Source of the DNA: Eubacterium sp.
Lineage (GTDB): Bacteria; Bacillota; Clostridia; Lachnospirales; Lachnospiraceae
Assembly: GCA_022776205.1 (NCBI GenBank)
Contig: JALFIK010000013.1
Location: 1 to 42,263 of the forward strand
Length of the DNA: 42,263 nucleotides
Direction of reading: 5' to 3'
Each line of letters opens with the position of its first letter. Position 1 is the stretch's first letter. A program made the position numbers and the translations under genes. Below the pieces are notes generated by a model that made no database searches, was not told where the DNA came from, and was given only the letters and a program-made list of their open reading frames with translations. Positions 9,646 to 20,207 of this stretch are shown piece after piece.

Positions 9646-10587
9646 TTGAAAAAGACCAGTATTGGAGGACAGGCGGTAATGGAAGGAGTCATGATGAAAA
9701 ACATGGACCGTTATGCCGTGGCTGTCCGGAAACCGGATCATACGATTGAAGTGATGACCGATGAATATAAAAGTCTGGGAAGTCGATATCCATTTTTACG
9801 TCTTCCGATGATACGAGGTATTGTGACTTTTGCGGAATCTTTATATATTGGCCTGAAGACGCTTACTTATTCTTCTTCTTTTTATGAGGAAGAGGATTGC
9901 GAGCCGGGCAGAGTAGAGAAATTTCTGACAAAGATTTTTGGTGATAAACTGGAGAGTATCCTTATGGGAATTACCATGGTAATTGCTGTTTTTCTGGCCC
10001 TGGGTATTTTTATGGTGCTTCCGTTTTTCCTCATGAATCTTTTAAAAAACGTGATTCCGTCCTATTCCGTGCGGACCCTGATTGAGGGTCTGATTCGTGT
10101 GGGTCTGTTTCTTATCTACATTGTACTCATTTCCAAAATGGAAGATATTAAAAGGGTGTTCATGTATCACGGTGCGGAGCACAAGACGATCAACTGTTTA
10201 GAACATGGAGAAGAGCTTACCCCGGAGAATATAAAGAAGTATTCCAGACTCCATAAACGGTGTGGTACGAGTTTTCTTCTGATTGTCATGATTGTGAGCA
10301 TTGTGGTCTTTATGTTTATCCGGGTGGATAATCTTCTCTGGAAGTTTTTACTTCGCATCCTTCTTGTGCCTGTTGTAGCAGGGATTTCTTATGAATTTAT
10401 CCGTCTGGCGGGAAGAAGCGATTCAAAACTAGTGAATACTCTGAGTAAACCGGGATTTTATCTGCAGTATTTTACGACGAAAGAACCGGATGAGGAGATG
10501 CTTGAGGTTGCCGTTGCTGCGGTGGAAGGAGTTTTTGACTGGAAATCCTATGAACAGGCAATGCATAACGGGGAACTGGAGGATTGA
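9646..10587 (+). CDS. DUF1385 (YqhQ-like) membrane protein
   Basis: IGGQAVMEGVMM, FMYHGAEHKTI, RLHKRCGTSF and TTKEPD motifs; usual position between rpmE and prmC; TTG start after AAGGAGG. Confidence 0.9.
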   Translation: MKKTSIGGQAVMEGVMMKNMDRYAVAVRKPDHTIEVMTDEYKSLGSRYPFLRLPMIRGIVTFAESLYIGLKTLTYSSSFYEEEDCEPGRVEKFLTKIFGDKLESILMGITMVIAVFLALGIFMVLPFFLMNLLKNVIPSYSVRTLIEGLIRVGLFLIYIVLISKMEDIKRVFMYHGAEHKTINCLEHGEELTPENIKKYSRLHKRCGTSFLLIVMIVSIVVFMFIRVDNLLWKFLLRILLVPVVAGISYEFIRLAGRSDSKLVNTLSKPGFYLQYFTTKEPDEEMLEVAVAAVEGVFDWKSYEQAMHNGELED

Positions 10588-10589
10588 AG

Positions 10590-11471
10590 ATGACCATCCG
10601 GGAAATTGTAACACAGGTTCGAAGAGAATTAAAAGAAGCAGGGATTGAAGACTATGAATGTGAAAGCTGGATGCTTCTGGACTGGCTCCTTCACATTGAC
10701 CGGGCAGAATATTATAGCAATCTGGAAAAAGAAGTGGAGGCCCGGGATAGGGAATTACTATTTTCGGTTGTGGAGAAGCGCCGGAAACATATTCCTCTTC
10801 AGTATCTTATGAAAGAATGTGAGTTTATGGGCTTATCTTTTTTCGTGGATGAGAGGGTGCTGATCCCGCGACAGGATACAGAGTGTCTTGTGGAGCTTGC
10901 CATGGAAGAGATAAAAAAGAGACAGGGAGTATGCAGGGTGCTTGATCTTTGTACGGGAAGCGGCTGCATCGGCCTTTCCCTGGCAAAATTGTGCCCGGGA
11001 ATTTCTGTCACACTGTCGGATGTGTCGGAAGGTGCCCTTGCCGTTGCTGCAAAAAACAGTGAAAAATTACAGGTACGGCCTTGTCTGGTTCGGAGTGATC
11101 TTTTTGATAATATTCCGGGAACTTTTCATTATATTGTTTCCAATCCCCCGTATATCCCGTCCCGGATCGTGGAGGGACTCATGCCGGAAGTGAGGGAATA
11201 TGAGCCCCGTCTTGCTTTGGACGGTGGAGAAGACGGTCTTAATTTTTACCGTAAGATTATCAGGCGGGCCGGGGAACATCTTGAAGATGGCGGCCGTCTG
11301 TTTTTTGAGATTGGAGCCAAACAGGGAGAAGACCTTCGCAGACTGATGGAAGAACATGGATATATTAATGTGCAGGTAAAGAGAGATCTGGCCGGGCTCG
11401 ACCGGATTGTAACGGGTACTTTTCAGAAGTGCCGGATGGAAAAGGAGGAAAAAATATGTTTGATAAATTAG
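10590..11471 (+). CDS. prmC: Release factor glutamine methyltransferase
   Basis: [19 protein letters not shown] and SNPPYI motifs; directly upstream of prfA. Confidence 0.95.
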   Translation: MTIREIVTQVRRELKEAGIEDYECESWMLLDWLLHIDRAEYYSNLEKEVEARDRELLFSVVEKRRKHIPLQYLMKECEFMGLSFFVDERVLIPRQDTECLVELAMEEIKKRQGVCRVLDLCTGSGCIGLSLAKLCPGISVTLSDVSEGALAVAAKNSEKLQVRPCLVRSDLFDNIPGTFHYIVSNPPYIPSRIVEGLMPEVREYEPRLALDGGEDGLNFYRKIIRRAGEHLEDGGRLFFEIGAKQGEDLRRLMEEHGYINVQVKRDLAGLDRIVTGTFQKCRMEKEEKICLIN

Positions 11472-12535
11472 AAGATCTGGTGAAACGTCTGGATGAGGTC
11501 ATGCAGGAACTGAGCGAGCCGGATGTGGTCAATGATCAGAACCGTTTCCGCAGCCTTATGAAAGAGCAGAACGAGCTGACACCGATCGTTGAGAAATATA
11601 AAGAATATAAGGATGCCAGACAGACGATTGAGGACAGTGTGGAAATGCTCGAAGAAGAGCATGATGAGGAGATGCGGGAACTTTTAAAAGAAGAACTCTC
11701 CGAGGCAAAGACCAATGTGGAAAAATATGAGGAAGAATTGAAAGTTCTGCTTCTTCCGAAAGATCCGAATGATGACAAGAACGTAATTGTGGAAATTCGT
11801 GCCGGGGCCGGCGGGGATGAGGCTGCCTTATTTGCAGCGGAAATTTACCGTATGTATAAAAATTATGCGGAGTCCCAGAGATGGAAAACCGAGTTTATCG
11901 ATGTGAATGAAAACGGAATCGGCGGTTTTAAGGAAGTATCTTTTATGATCAATGGGCAGGGTGCTTATTCCCGTCTTAAGTATGAGAGCGGAGTGCACCG
12001 TGTACAGCGTATTCCGGCTACAGAATCCGGCGGAAGAATTCATACATCGACCATCACCGTTGCAATCATGCCGGAGGCGGAGGAAGTGGACGTTCATCTT
12101 GATATGAATGATTGTCGTTTTGACGTATTCCGTGCTTCTGGAAATGGCGGACAGTGCGTTAATACAACAGATTCCGCTGTTCGTCTGACCCATATTCCTA
12201 CAGGAATTGTGATTTCCTGTCAGGATGAGAAATCCCAGCTTAAGAATAAGGATAAGGCGATTAAAGTGCTTCGTGCCCGTCTGTATGATCTGGAATGTTC
12301 TAAAGCCCATGATGCGGAAGCAGAACTTCGAAAGAGCCAGATCGGTACGGGAGACCGTGCGGAAAAGATCCGTACTTACAATTTCCCTCAGGGCCGTGTG
12401 ACGGACCACAGAATTAAACTGACCCTCCATCGTCTTGACGATATTTTAAACGGAGATCTCGATGAGATTATCGATAGCCTTACCGCAGCAGACCAGGCTG
12501 CCAAACTGAGCAAATTACAGGAAATGGAGCGTTAG
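11456..12535 (+). CDS. prfA: Peptide chain release factor 1
   Basis: [22 protein letters not shown] (PxT), GGQ motif, [16 protein letters not shown]; AAGGAGG RBS before the ATG at 11456. Confidence 0.97.
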   Translation: MFDKLEDLVKRLDEVMQELSEPDVVNDQNRFRSLMKEQNELTPIVEKYKEYKDARQTIEDSVEMLEEEHDEEMRELLKEELSEAKTNVEKYEEELKVLLLPKDPNDDKNVIVEIRAGAGGDEAALFAAEIYRMYKNYAESQRWKTEFIDVNENGIGGFKEVSFMINGQGAYSRLKYESGVHRVQRIPATESGGRIHTSTITVAIMPEAEEVDVHLDMNDCRFDVFRASGNGGQCVNTTDSAVRLTHIPTGIVISCQDEKSQLKNKDKAIKVLRARLYDLECSKAHDAEAELRKSQIGTGDRAEKIRTYNFPQGRVTDHRIKLTLHRLDDILNGDLDEIIDSLTAADQAAKLSKLQEMER

Positions 12536-12539
12536 ATTT

Positions 12540-13598
12540 ATGCAGGAATGGAAGAAAAATATCCGGCAGGTTGTCCCGTATGTTCCGGGGGAGCAGCCGG
12601 AAAATAAAAATGTGGTGAAATTAAATACGAATGAGAATCCGTATCCTCCGTCACCAAAAGTGATGGAAGCCATGGGGAAAACAGATGATCTTCGTCTCTA
12701 CCCCGATCCGACTGCGGGAATGCTTGTGGATGCCATCGCAGAATATAAGGGCCTTAACAGTGACCAGATTTTTGTGGGAGTTGGTTCTGATGATGTTCTG
12801 GCTATGGCCTTCCTCACATTTTTTAACAGTGACAGACCGATATTTTTCCCGGATATTACCTATTCTTTCTATGATGTGTGGGCTGATTTGTTCCGGATTC
12901 CTTTTGATACAAAACCACTTGATGAGGAGTTTCTGATTCATCCGGCGGATTATTACTGGCAAAACGGTGGTGTCGTATTCCCAAATCCAAATGCGCCAAC
13001 AGGAGTTTTCATGCCTCTTTCGGAAATTGAAGATATTTTACGGCATAATCAGGATGTGGTCGTGATTGTGGATGAAGCTTATGTGGATTTTGGAGGAGTG
13101 AGTGCCCAGGTGCTTCTTCCGAAATATGAAAATCTGCTTGTAGTGCAGACCTTTTCCAAGTCCCGTTCCATGGCCGGAATGCGGATTGGCTATGCCATGG
13201 GCTCACCGGAACTGATCAGGGCATTAAATGATGTCAAATATTCTTTTAATTCTTATACGATGAATCGTCCGTCCATTTTACTTGGAACGGCATCCATTCA
13301 GGATGAGGATTATTTTAGAAAAACTGTTGCACAGATTGTGGACACGAGAGAATGGTTTAAGGGGCAGATGAAAAAACTGGGATTTGAGTTTCCGGACTCC
13401 CAAGCCAATTTTCTGTTTGTCTCCCATCCGGAGGTTCCTGCAAGAGAGATTTTTGAGAAGGCAAGAGAGGAAGGAATTTTTGTCAGATATTTTGACAAGC
13501 CGCGTATAAACAATTACCTGAGAATTACGATCGGAACAAGGGAAGAGATGGAGAAACTGCTTCAATTTTTATATGCTTTTTTAAAAAACAGAAAATAA
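12540..13598 (+). CDS. hisC: Histidinol-phosphate aminotransferase
   Basis: YVPGEQP, KLNTNENPYPPSP, NPNAPTG, DEAYVDF and TFSKSRSMAGMRIG (PLP lysine). Confidence 0.9.
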   Translation: MQEWKKNIRQVVPYVPGEQPENKNVVKLNTNENPYPPSPKVMEAMGKTDDLRLYPDPTAGMLVDAIAEYKGLNSDQIFVGVGSDDVLAMAFLTFFNSDRPIFFPDITYSFYDVWADLFRIPFDTKPLDEEFLIHPADYYWQNGGVVFPNPNAPTGVFMPLSEIEDILRHNQDVVVIVDEAYVDFGGVSAQVLLPKYENLLVVQTFSKSRSMAGMRIGYAMGSPELIRALNDVKYSFNSYTMNRPSILLGTASIQDEDYFRKTVAQIVDTREWFKGQMKKLGFEFPDSQANFLFVSHPEVPAREIFEKAREEGIFVRYFDKPRINNYLRITIGTREEMEKLLQFLYAFLKNRK

Positions 13599-13666
13599 GC
13601 ATAGTAATCTTAGAAAATATATTGTAGAATACAAATAATACTAATAGAAAAACGGGGAGGATTACA

Positions 13667-15118
13667 ATGAAGAAGATTTTGTTTGCGGCATCGGAATGTG
13701 TCCCTTTTATGAAGACCGGCGGTCTTGCCGATGTAGTGGGCGCACTTCCGAAGGAGTTTGACAAAAAAGAGTGGGATGTCCGGGTGGTCATGCCAAATTA
13801 CCGGGGGATCCCGGAGAAATTCCGTAATAATTTTGAGTACGTGACGCATTTTTATATGAGTGTGGGACCGTACATACAGAATAAACATGTGGGCATTATG
13901 AAATATGTTTATGACGGGATCACTTATTATTTTATTGATAATCTGGACTATTTCGGCGGATGGGAACCTTATGCGGATACAAGGACGGATGTGGAGAAAT
14001 TTACATTCTTTTGCAAGGCGGTACTCGCCATTCTGCCGGTCGTTGATTTTCGACCGGATCTGATTCACTGTCATGACTGGCAGACCGGGCTCATTCCGGT
14101 ATATCTTAAGACGGAATTTGCAGCGAATCCATTCTTCTGGGGGATGAAGACAATGATGACGATTCATAATCTTCGCTTCCAGGGAATCTGGGATATGAAG
14201 ACGATGAAGGGGTTAAGCGGCCTGCCGGATTATCTGTTTACGACAGATAAGCTGGAATTTAATAAAGATGCCAATATGCTAAAAGGCGGAATTGTCTATG
14301 CGGATTTCGTGACAACGGTAAGCCATACTTATGCCGATGAGATTCAGACAGATTATTACGGAGAAGGTCTGAACGGCCTGCTTCATGCAAGGAATCAGAG
14401 CCTGTTTGGCATTGTAAATGGTGTGGATTATAAGATTTATGATCCTTCTTCCGATCCGGCACTGTTTGAAAACTACGGACCGGAAACATATAAAGCCGGA
14501 AAGGCGGCGAATAAAGAAGCACTGCAAAAACAGCTTGGACTGGAAGTGGATAAGGACAAATACATGATCGGACTGATTTCCCGGCTTACAGACCAGAAGG
14601 GGCTCGATCTTGTCCGTTATGCCATGGACCGTATCGTGGATGAGAACACCCAGGTGGTAGTCATCGGAACGGGAGATCCATCCTATGAAGAGATGTTCCG
14701 TTCCTATGCAAAACGGGATCCGGACAGGATATCTGCCAATATTCTTTATTCCGATGACCTGGCGCATAAGCTTTATGCGGCTGCGGATGCTTTCCTTATG
14801 CCGTCTCTTTTTGAGCCGTGCGGACTGACACAGATTATTGCCCTTCATTATGGTACCGTTCCGATTGTCCGGGAAACAGGAGGATTGAAGGATACGGTAA
14901 TCCCGTTAAATGAGTTTGATGATACGGGAGACGGATTCTCATTTTCCAATTATAATGGAGAGGAACTGATCAATACGGTTGATTACAGTAAATACATTTA
15001 TTTTCATCAAAAAGAATTATGGGATCATATGGTACAACGGGGTATGGAAAAAGATCTTTCATGGAGCGCCTCAAGAGTGCGTTACGAAGAATTGTACAAT
15101 ACATTGATCGGACGATAA
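13667..15118 (+). CDS. glgA: Glycogen synthase
   Basis: KTGGLADV, HCHDWQT, TIHNL, SRLTDQKG and PSLFEPCGLTQ motifs. Confidence 0.97.
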   Translation: MKKILFAASECVPFMKTGGLADVVGALPKEFDKKEWDVRVVMPNYRGIPEKFRNNFEYVTHFYMSVGPYIQNKHVGIMKYVYDGITYYFIDNLDYFGGWEPYADTRTDVEKFTFFCKAVLAILPVVDFRPDLIHCHDWQTGLIPVYLKTEFAANPFFWGMKTMMTIHNLRFQGIWDMKTMKGLSGLPDYLFTTDKLEFNKDANMLKGGIVYADFVTTVSHTYADEIQTDYYGEGLNGLLHARNQSLFGIVNGVDYKIYDPSSDPALFENYGPETYKAGKAANKEALQKQLGLEVDKDKYMIGLISRLTDQKGLDLVRYAMDRIVDENTQVVVIGTGDPSYEEMFRSYAKRDPDRISANILYSDDLAHKLYAAADAFLMPSLFEPCGLTQIIALHYGTVPIVRETGGLKDTVIPLNEFDDTGDGFSFSNYNGEELINTVDYSKYIYFHQKELWDHMVQRGMEKDLSWSASRVRYEELYNTLIGR

Positions 15119-15126
15119 AAATTTGG

Positions 15127-15155
15127 GGGAATGCCGGAAGGCATTCCCTTTTTTT
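15127..15155 (+). terminator. Intrinsic terminator of glgA
   Basis: GGGAATGCC-GGAA-GGCATTCCC followed by T7. Confidence 0.9.
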
Positions 15156-15229
15156 GAGGAGAAATTATTCTATTTTCCATCCCCAAAACCCTCCGGTAAG
15201 GATTGCACTGCGGCGGAGAGGAATTATGT

Positions 15230-16402
15230 TTAATAAAATGAAAAATAAGTATTGCAGATTTTCCGAAAACACCACTGCCAGGTGCGGCGTAAAATATTTT
15301 TTTTCGGATAGACAGGAAATGAACGGTAGGGTTTTTTATTAATATAAAGAGTCACGGTTCCTATGGCATTGTTTGTTGAAATGGGAGCGGAGAGCTTTTT
15401 TGGCAGATGAGTGACGCAATATAATTTTTCATCGGAAGAAAGAAGAAGGCAGACAGGAGACGGAGCGGATAGTTTACAGGAAGTGTTTCGGCCCTTTTGG
15501 ACAGGAAGGGAAGAAGGAATTTCATCGGAAAAAGACACGGTTTTTTTGTGAAAGGTACTAAGACCGTAATCCATGAGCTTCTTTGTGTCTTCCCATTTAA
15601 AACGGCGGTTTGGATACCATCCGCTTCCCAGTACAACGGAGATTAAAAAGTGTTCCCCTTTTTTTACCGCACCGACAAAACAATATCCTGCTTTGCCCGT
15701 ATAACCGGTTTTTACACCGATTGCTCCGGGATAGGACGATAAGAATGCGTTTTTATTTTGGAGAGAGTAGGCACGGCCGCTTCCGAGCTCCTTGATCGTG
15801 TAAGAAGGTTCCCGGATAATCTGGCAGAAGTTTTTATTTTTAAGAGCGATGCAGGACAGAATCGCCAGATCGTGGCAGGTTGTGTAATGATTTGGACTGT
15901 CCAGACCATTCGGGGTTTCAAAAGAGGTGTGATAACATCCATAATCCCGGGCTTCCTGTGTCATTTTCTTGCAGAACTGACTGACAGAACCACCGATATG
16001 CTCGGCAAGAGCAATTGCCACGTCATTGTAAGATTCGAGCATGAGAGCATAAAGAAGATCGGATAAAAGAAAACGGTCACCGGTTTTTGCTCCGAGACGA
16101 ACTTTCGGAGCATTGCAGGCATTTTGGGAAAAGGTTACCGTATCCGTAATATCGGCATGTTCTAAAACATAAAGACAGGTCATAATTTTTGTAGTGCTGG
16201 CCATGGGAAGGCAGTCTTCCTCCTGTTTTCCGAACAAAACTCTCTGATTATTTCCGTCAAGGAGGATTGCTGCTTTGGCATGAAGACCGGAGGGCACATT
16301 GACTTCCGGGGAAGAGACCGCGGCACAGACCGGAGAAGCCACGAAAAGATAAAATGTAACCAGACAAAGTACGGTGAGAATAATACGGCGCAGGGAAGAC
16401 AC
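15230..16402 (-). CDS. D-alanyl-D-alanine carboxypeptidase (peptidase S11, DacB-like)
   Basis: Signal peptide; SxxK (ASTTK), SxN (SYND) and KTG motifs. Confidence 0.92.
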   Translation of the reverse strand: MSSLRRIILTVLCLVTFYLFVASPVCAAVSSPEVNVPSGLHAKAAILLDGNNQRVLFGKQEEDCLPMASTTKIMTCLYVLEHADITDTVTFSQNACNAPKVRLGAKTGDRFLLSDLLYALMLESYNDVAIALAEHIGGSVSQFCKKMTQEARDYGCYHTSFETPNGLDSPNHYTTCHDLAILSCIALKNKNFCQIIREPSYTIKELGSGRAYSLQNKNAFLSSYPGAIGVKTGYTGKAGYCFVGAVKKGEHFLISVVLGSGWYPNRRFKWEDTKKLMDYGLSTFHKKTVSFSDEIPSSLPVQKGRNTSCKLSAPSPVCLLLSSDEKLYCVTHLPKKLSAPISTNNAIGTVTLYINKKPYRSFPVYPKKNILRRTWQWCFRKICNTYFSFY

Positions 16403-16429
16403 ACCCCTTCTTCGTTGAAAATCTTTTTA

Positions 16430-16459
16430 TATATACGATGGGAAAAAATAAAATATGTC
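16430..16459 (-). promoter_or_regulatory. Putative sigma-E (mother-cell) promoter for the dacB-like gene
   Basis: Minus strand CATATT-14 nt-CGTATATA resembles the sigma-E consensus; B. subtilis dacB is sigma-E dependent. Confidence 0.45.
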
Positions 16460-16528
16460 TGTTTTTTTTCGTTGCTTTTTGGTGGAAAAACCCATATAGT
16501 AGAAGAAAACAAAAAAAGGAGGCGGGAT

Positions 16529-17512
16529 ATGTTTTATCGTTGTAAAAGCTGCGGGGGAAATGTTGTCTATGATCCGGAAAAGAAAAAAATGATATGCGAA
16601 AGCTGCCGGAATGAAGGAGAGCATCAGCTGGTGAAACAGGAAAAAGTTCATGTGTGCAATAACTGTGGTGCAAAGATTGATGCAGGTGCGGATGCTCTGG
16701 CATTGAAATGTCCTTATTGCGGAACTTATGTGATATTTGAAGATCGTATGGAGAGGGAATACGAGCCGAAACTTATTCTGCCTTTTTCGCTGAATAAAGA
16801 AAAGGCGGTGGAAACCTTAAGGGACAATTTTAAGGGAAAGCTGTTTTTACCGAAGGATTTTTGCTCTGTCTCGAGTGTGGAGGCCATGGAAGGAATCTAT
16901 GTTCCGTTTTTCATGTATGACATGCATAGTCATGTACATTTTGAGGGAGAAGGGGATAAGATCCGCGTCTGGAAAGAAGGAGACTATGAGGTAACGGAGA
17001 CGAGAGTTTACCACATTACAAGGGATTTTGAGGTGGATTATGACAAGATTCCCGTGGATGCTTCCTCTGCCATGCCGGATAATCTGATGGATATCATGGA
17101 ACCGTACCGATATGAGGATCTGGGAGATTTTACACCGGAATATCTTTCCGGATTTGTTGCCAACCGGTATGATGAAGACCGGGACAGCCTGTTACCGCGT
17201 GCCAGACACAAAACAGAGAAATTTGACGAGGCATATCTGTCTGAAACGAATCAGCTTTATCATGCGGTAAGAAAGATAAATAAGACGGTCGACTGCCGGG
17301 AAAAAGAATCTTTTTATGCTTTCCTGCCGGTATGGAAGTACGTCTATCGCTACCGGGAAAAAGAATATGAGTTTTATGTAAATGGTCAGACGGGAAAAGC
17401 AGTCGGAACACCGCCGGTAAGCTGGTCGAGGGCGGCACTGCTTACCTTTTCAACCGGAATTTCAGTCTTTTTCTGCCTTGCAATGCTGCTTTACTTCCTG
17501 GAGGTACTTTAA
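16529..17512 (+). CDS. Triple Zn-ribbon protein with a C-terminal membrane anchor
   Basis: CKSCG, CESC, CNNCG and CPYCG; YVPFFMYD and FLPVW...FYVNGQTGK motifs; AGGAGG RBS before the ATG at 16529, so the longer ORF-track start is rejected. Confidence 0.8.
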   Translation: MFYRCKSCGGNVVYDPEKKKMICESCRNEGEHQLVKQEKVHVCNNCGAKIDAGADALALKCPYCGTYVIFEDRMEREYEPKLILPFSLNKEKAVETLRDNFKGKLFLPKDFCSVSSVEAMEGIYVPFFMYDMHSHVHFEGEGDKIRVWKEGDYEVTETRVYHITRDFEVDYDKIPVDASSAMPDNLMDIMEPYRYEDLGDFTPEYLSGFVANRYDEDRDSLLPRARHKTEKFDEAYLSETNQLYHAVRKINKTVDCREKESFYAFLPVWKYVYRYREKEYEFYVNGQTGKAVGTPPVSWSRAALLTFSTGISVFFCLAMLLYFLEVL

Positions 17513-18334
17513 ATGGAGAAAACATATCGAAAAATTATTGGAGGAATCGTTGTTATCGGTATCATTCTCGGAGTGACCGGTCTGTTTTTAAAGTATGGTG
17601 TTTTTCAGGGAATCCAGTCAAATAAGACAGAAAGATCGAACCAGGAATGCATTATTGAAAAGAGAGTCTTTGATGAGGCGGGGAAACTTACGGGGAGAGA
17701 AGAAAAGAAGCTGGAAGCACTCATCGCAAAAAAAGAGAAGATTATGGGTGCGGATCTCGTCTTGCTCACAATCAAAGACGACAGCCTTGACAGCTATGAA
17801 AAAATCAGGGAATATGCCCAGAATTATTATGAGATCCACTGCTTTGGATGGAATCAGGCAAATGGGGATGGCATAATTTATGTCGATGACTGGGCGACCG
17901 GTTATACATGGCTTTGTACTACAGGAAAAGCGGCAGACAAGCTTGACCGGAAGGATATTGATTATATTGTAAAAAGAACAAATCGCAGGGTGAACCGGAA
18001 TCCTTACCGGGCATATCGGTTTATGGTGAATTCTGTAGTTTCCCAGATGCAGAGTGAAAATATATTCCACCTGGATATCAGCCCGTTCTGGCTGCTTCTT
18101 ATTTCTGCAATTGTTGCCTTTATTTTTGCCGGAACCCAGATTGCCGGACACGGAGGAAGGGACACGGTGACAAAGTCCACCTATACCGGGAAAAATGGAG
18201 TAAAGATGAATGAAACCCATGATCTTTACCTTCGTTCTTTTGTCACAAGAAGAAAAATTGAGAAGAAAGAAGATAGCAATCTTTCGGATATTGGCGGAAG
18301 TGACGGACATGGCGGTGGCGGCGGACGGCATTAA
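17513..18334 (+). CDS. TPM domain membrane protein with Gly-rich C-terminal tail
   Basis: RVFDEAGKLT..E...L...I TPM start, GDGIIYVDD, a transmembrane helix, and the ending GGSDGHGGGGGRH. Confidence 0.8.
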   Translation: MEKTYRKIIGGIVVIGIILGVTGLFLKYGVFQGIQSNKTERSNQECIIEKRVFDEAGKLTGREEKKLEALIAKKEKIMGADLVLLTIKDDSLDSYEKIREYAQNYYEIHCFGWNQANGDGIIYVDDWATGYTWLCTTGKAADKLDRKDIDYIVKRTNRRVNRNPYRAYRFMVNSVVSQMQSENIFHLDISPFWLLLISAIVAFIFAGTQIAGHGGRDTVTKSTYTGKNGVKMNETHDLYLRSFVTRRKIEKKEDSNLSDIGGSDGHGGGGGRH

Positions 18335-18359
18335 ACCGGGAAAATTATGCGGGGGAACC

Positions 18360-18388
18360 TTGATTGTAACAAATAAATATGGTAAATT
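18360..18388 (+). promoter_or_regulatory. Putative sigma-A promoter of gatCAB
   Basis: TTGATT-17 nt-TAAATT with TG-n. Confidence 0.5.
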
Positions 18389-18426
18389 GAGAATTTAGGA
18401 ATCATTGTGAAAAAGGAGTGTAGAAT

Positions 18427-18720
18427 ATGGCAAATATTATTTCCGACGAGACCATTGAATATGTCGGTATTCTTGCGAAACTGGAACTTTCACCGGAAGA
18501 AAAGGAACAGGCAAAAAAAGATATGGCGAATATGCTTGATTATATTGATACATTAAACGAACTGGATACAAGTAATGTGGAGCCTATGAGCCATGTATTC
18601 CCGGTTAATAATGTATTTCGGGAAGACGTTGTGACAAACGGAGATGACAAAGAGGCAATTCTTGCCAATGCACCGGAAAGAAAAGACGGGGCTTTTGTGG
18701 TTCCGAAAACATTTGATTAG
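18427..18720 (+). CDS. gatC: Asp/Glu-tRNA amidotransferase subunit C
   Basis: LAKLEL...[14 protein letters not shown]...FREDVV...NAPE...FVVPK. Confidence 0.95.
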   Translation: MANIISDETIEYVGILAKLELSPEEKEQAKKDMANMLDYIDTLNELDTSNVEPMSHVFPVNNVFREDVVTNGDDKEAILANAPERKDGAFVVPKTFD

Positions 18721-18730
18721 GAGGATGACC

Positions 18731-20206
18731 ATGGGGTTTATGGATAACACAGCCGTTGAGCTGGGGAAGAAGATCAGAGCGGGGGAGGTAACTGTCGTGG
18801 AGGCGGTGGATGCGGCTCTGGCAGCCATCGATGCTTATGAAGACAGATTTCACTGTTACGTTACGGTGGAAGAAAGAGAAAAGGTTTACAAAAAAGCGGA
18901 GGAGGTTCAGAAAAAGATCAGTGATGGGATTTTGACCGGACCCCTTGCGGGCGTCCCTGTTGCCATTAAAGATAATATGTGCACGGAGGGAACCCTCACA
19001 ACCTGCAGTTCAAAGATTCTTGATAATTTTGTACCGACTTACACGGCGCAGGCAGTGCTTAATCTGGAAAAAGCAGGAGCAGTTATTATCGGAAAGACAA
19101 ACATGGATGAGTTTGCCATGGGAAGTACGACGGAAACGTCCTTTTTCGGACCGACAAGGAATCCGTGGAATGAGGAACATGTACCGGGCGGTTCTTCCGG
19201 TGGCTCTGCAGCAGCCGTAGCAGCGGGAGAATGCTGTTATGCCTTAGGTTCCGACACGGGCGGTTCCATCCGGCAGCCGGCGTCTTACTGTGGTGTGGTC
19301 GGAATGAAACCAACTTATGGCACCGTATCCCGTTATGGACTGATCGCCTACGGTTCATCCCTTGACCAGATCGGACCGATGGCAAAAGATGTCACGGACT
19401 GTGCCACAATCCTGGAAGCAATTGCATCTTACGATCCGAAGGATTCCACATCGGTAAAAAGAGAAAGTTATGATTTCACATCCGCGCTCCGGGAGGATGT
19501 AAAGGGAATGCGTATCGGAATTCCGAGGGATTATCTTGGAGAAGGCCTGGATGAAGAAGTCAAGGAAACGATTCTGGCAGCGGCAGAGAAACTTGAAGAA
19601 AAGGGAGCTGTAGTGGAACAGTTTGATCTTAGCCTGGTGGAATATGCGATACCGGCATATTATGTCATCGCTTCCGCGGAGGCAAGTTCTAACCTTGCCC
19701 GTTTTGACGGTGTAAAATACGGATACCGTACGGAAGAATATCAGGGACTTCATAATATGTATAAAAAGACCCGCTCAGAAGGGTTTGGACCGGAAGTAAA
19801 AAGAAGAATCATGCTGGGATCCTTTGTTTTAAGTTCCGGATATTATGATGCATATTATCTGAAAGCATTACGGACCAAAGCACTTATTAAACAGGCTTTT
19901 GATAAGGCTTTTGAAAAATATGACGTAATTCTCGGACCGGCGGCACCGACGACGGCACCAAAGATCGGAGACAGTTTAAGTGATCCGATTAAGATGTATC
20001 TCGGGGATATTTATACAATTTCCGTCAATCTGGCAGGACTTCCGGGAATGACAGTACCCGGCAGGCTTTCGAAAGCCGGTCTTCCGATTGGCGTACAGTT
20101 CATCGGAGACTGTTTTAAGGAAAACAATATTATCCGGGCTGCTTATACCTTTGAGCAAAACCGTGATTTTAAAAACTGGAGCATGACCGGAGAGGAGGAC
20201 AAATAA
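18731..20206 (+). CDS. gatA: Asp/Glu-tRNA amidotransferase subunit A
   Basis: Amidase signature GKTNMDEFAMGS, PGGSSGGSAAAVA, LGSDTGGSIRQPA; AGGAGG RBS favours the ATG at 18731. Confidence 0.96.
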   Translation: MGFMDNTAVELGKKIRAGEVTVVEAVDAALAAIDAYEDRFHCYVTVEEREKVYKKAEEVQKKISDGILTGPLAGVPVAIKDNMCTEGTLTTCSSKILDNFVPTYTAQAVLNLEKAGAVIIGKTNMDEFAMGSTTETSFFGPTRNPWNEEHVPGGSSGGSAAAVAAGECCYALGSDTGGSIRQPASYCGVVGMKPTYGTVSRYGLIAYGSSLDQIGPMAKDVTDCATILEAIASYDPKDSTSVKRESYDFTSALREDVKGMRIGIPRDYLGEGLDEEVKETILAAAEKLEEKGAVVEQFDLSLVEYAIPAYYVIASAEASSNLARFDGVKYGYRTEEYQGLHNMYKKTRSEGFGPEVKRRIMLGSFVLSSGYYDAYYLKALRTKALIKQAFDKAFEKYDVILGPAAPTTAPKIGDSLSDPIKMYLGDIYTISVNLAGLPGMTVPGRLSKAGLPIGVQFIGDCFKENNIIRAAYTFEQNRDFKNWSMTGEEDK

Positions 20207-20207
20207 G

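Noticed and set aside
12133-12180. Atypical RF1 context [10 protein letters not shown] instead of SSGAGGQHVN
   Set aside because: The GGQ and PxT motifs are intact; treated as a lineage variant with no evidence of altered function.
12540-13598. Lone aminotransferase read as CobD (threonine-phosphate decarboxylase) because cbiZ is in the window
   Set aside because: The N-terminal YVPGEQP/KLNTNENPY motif is HisC-like; the CobD-type HGG N-terminus is absent.
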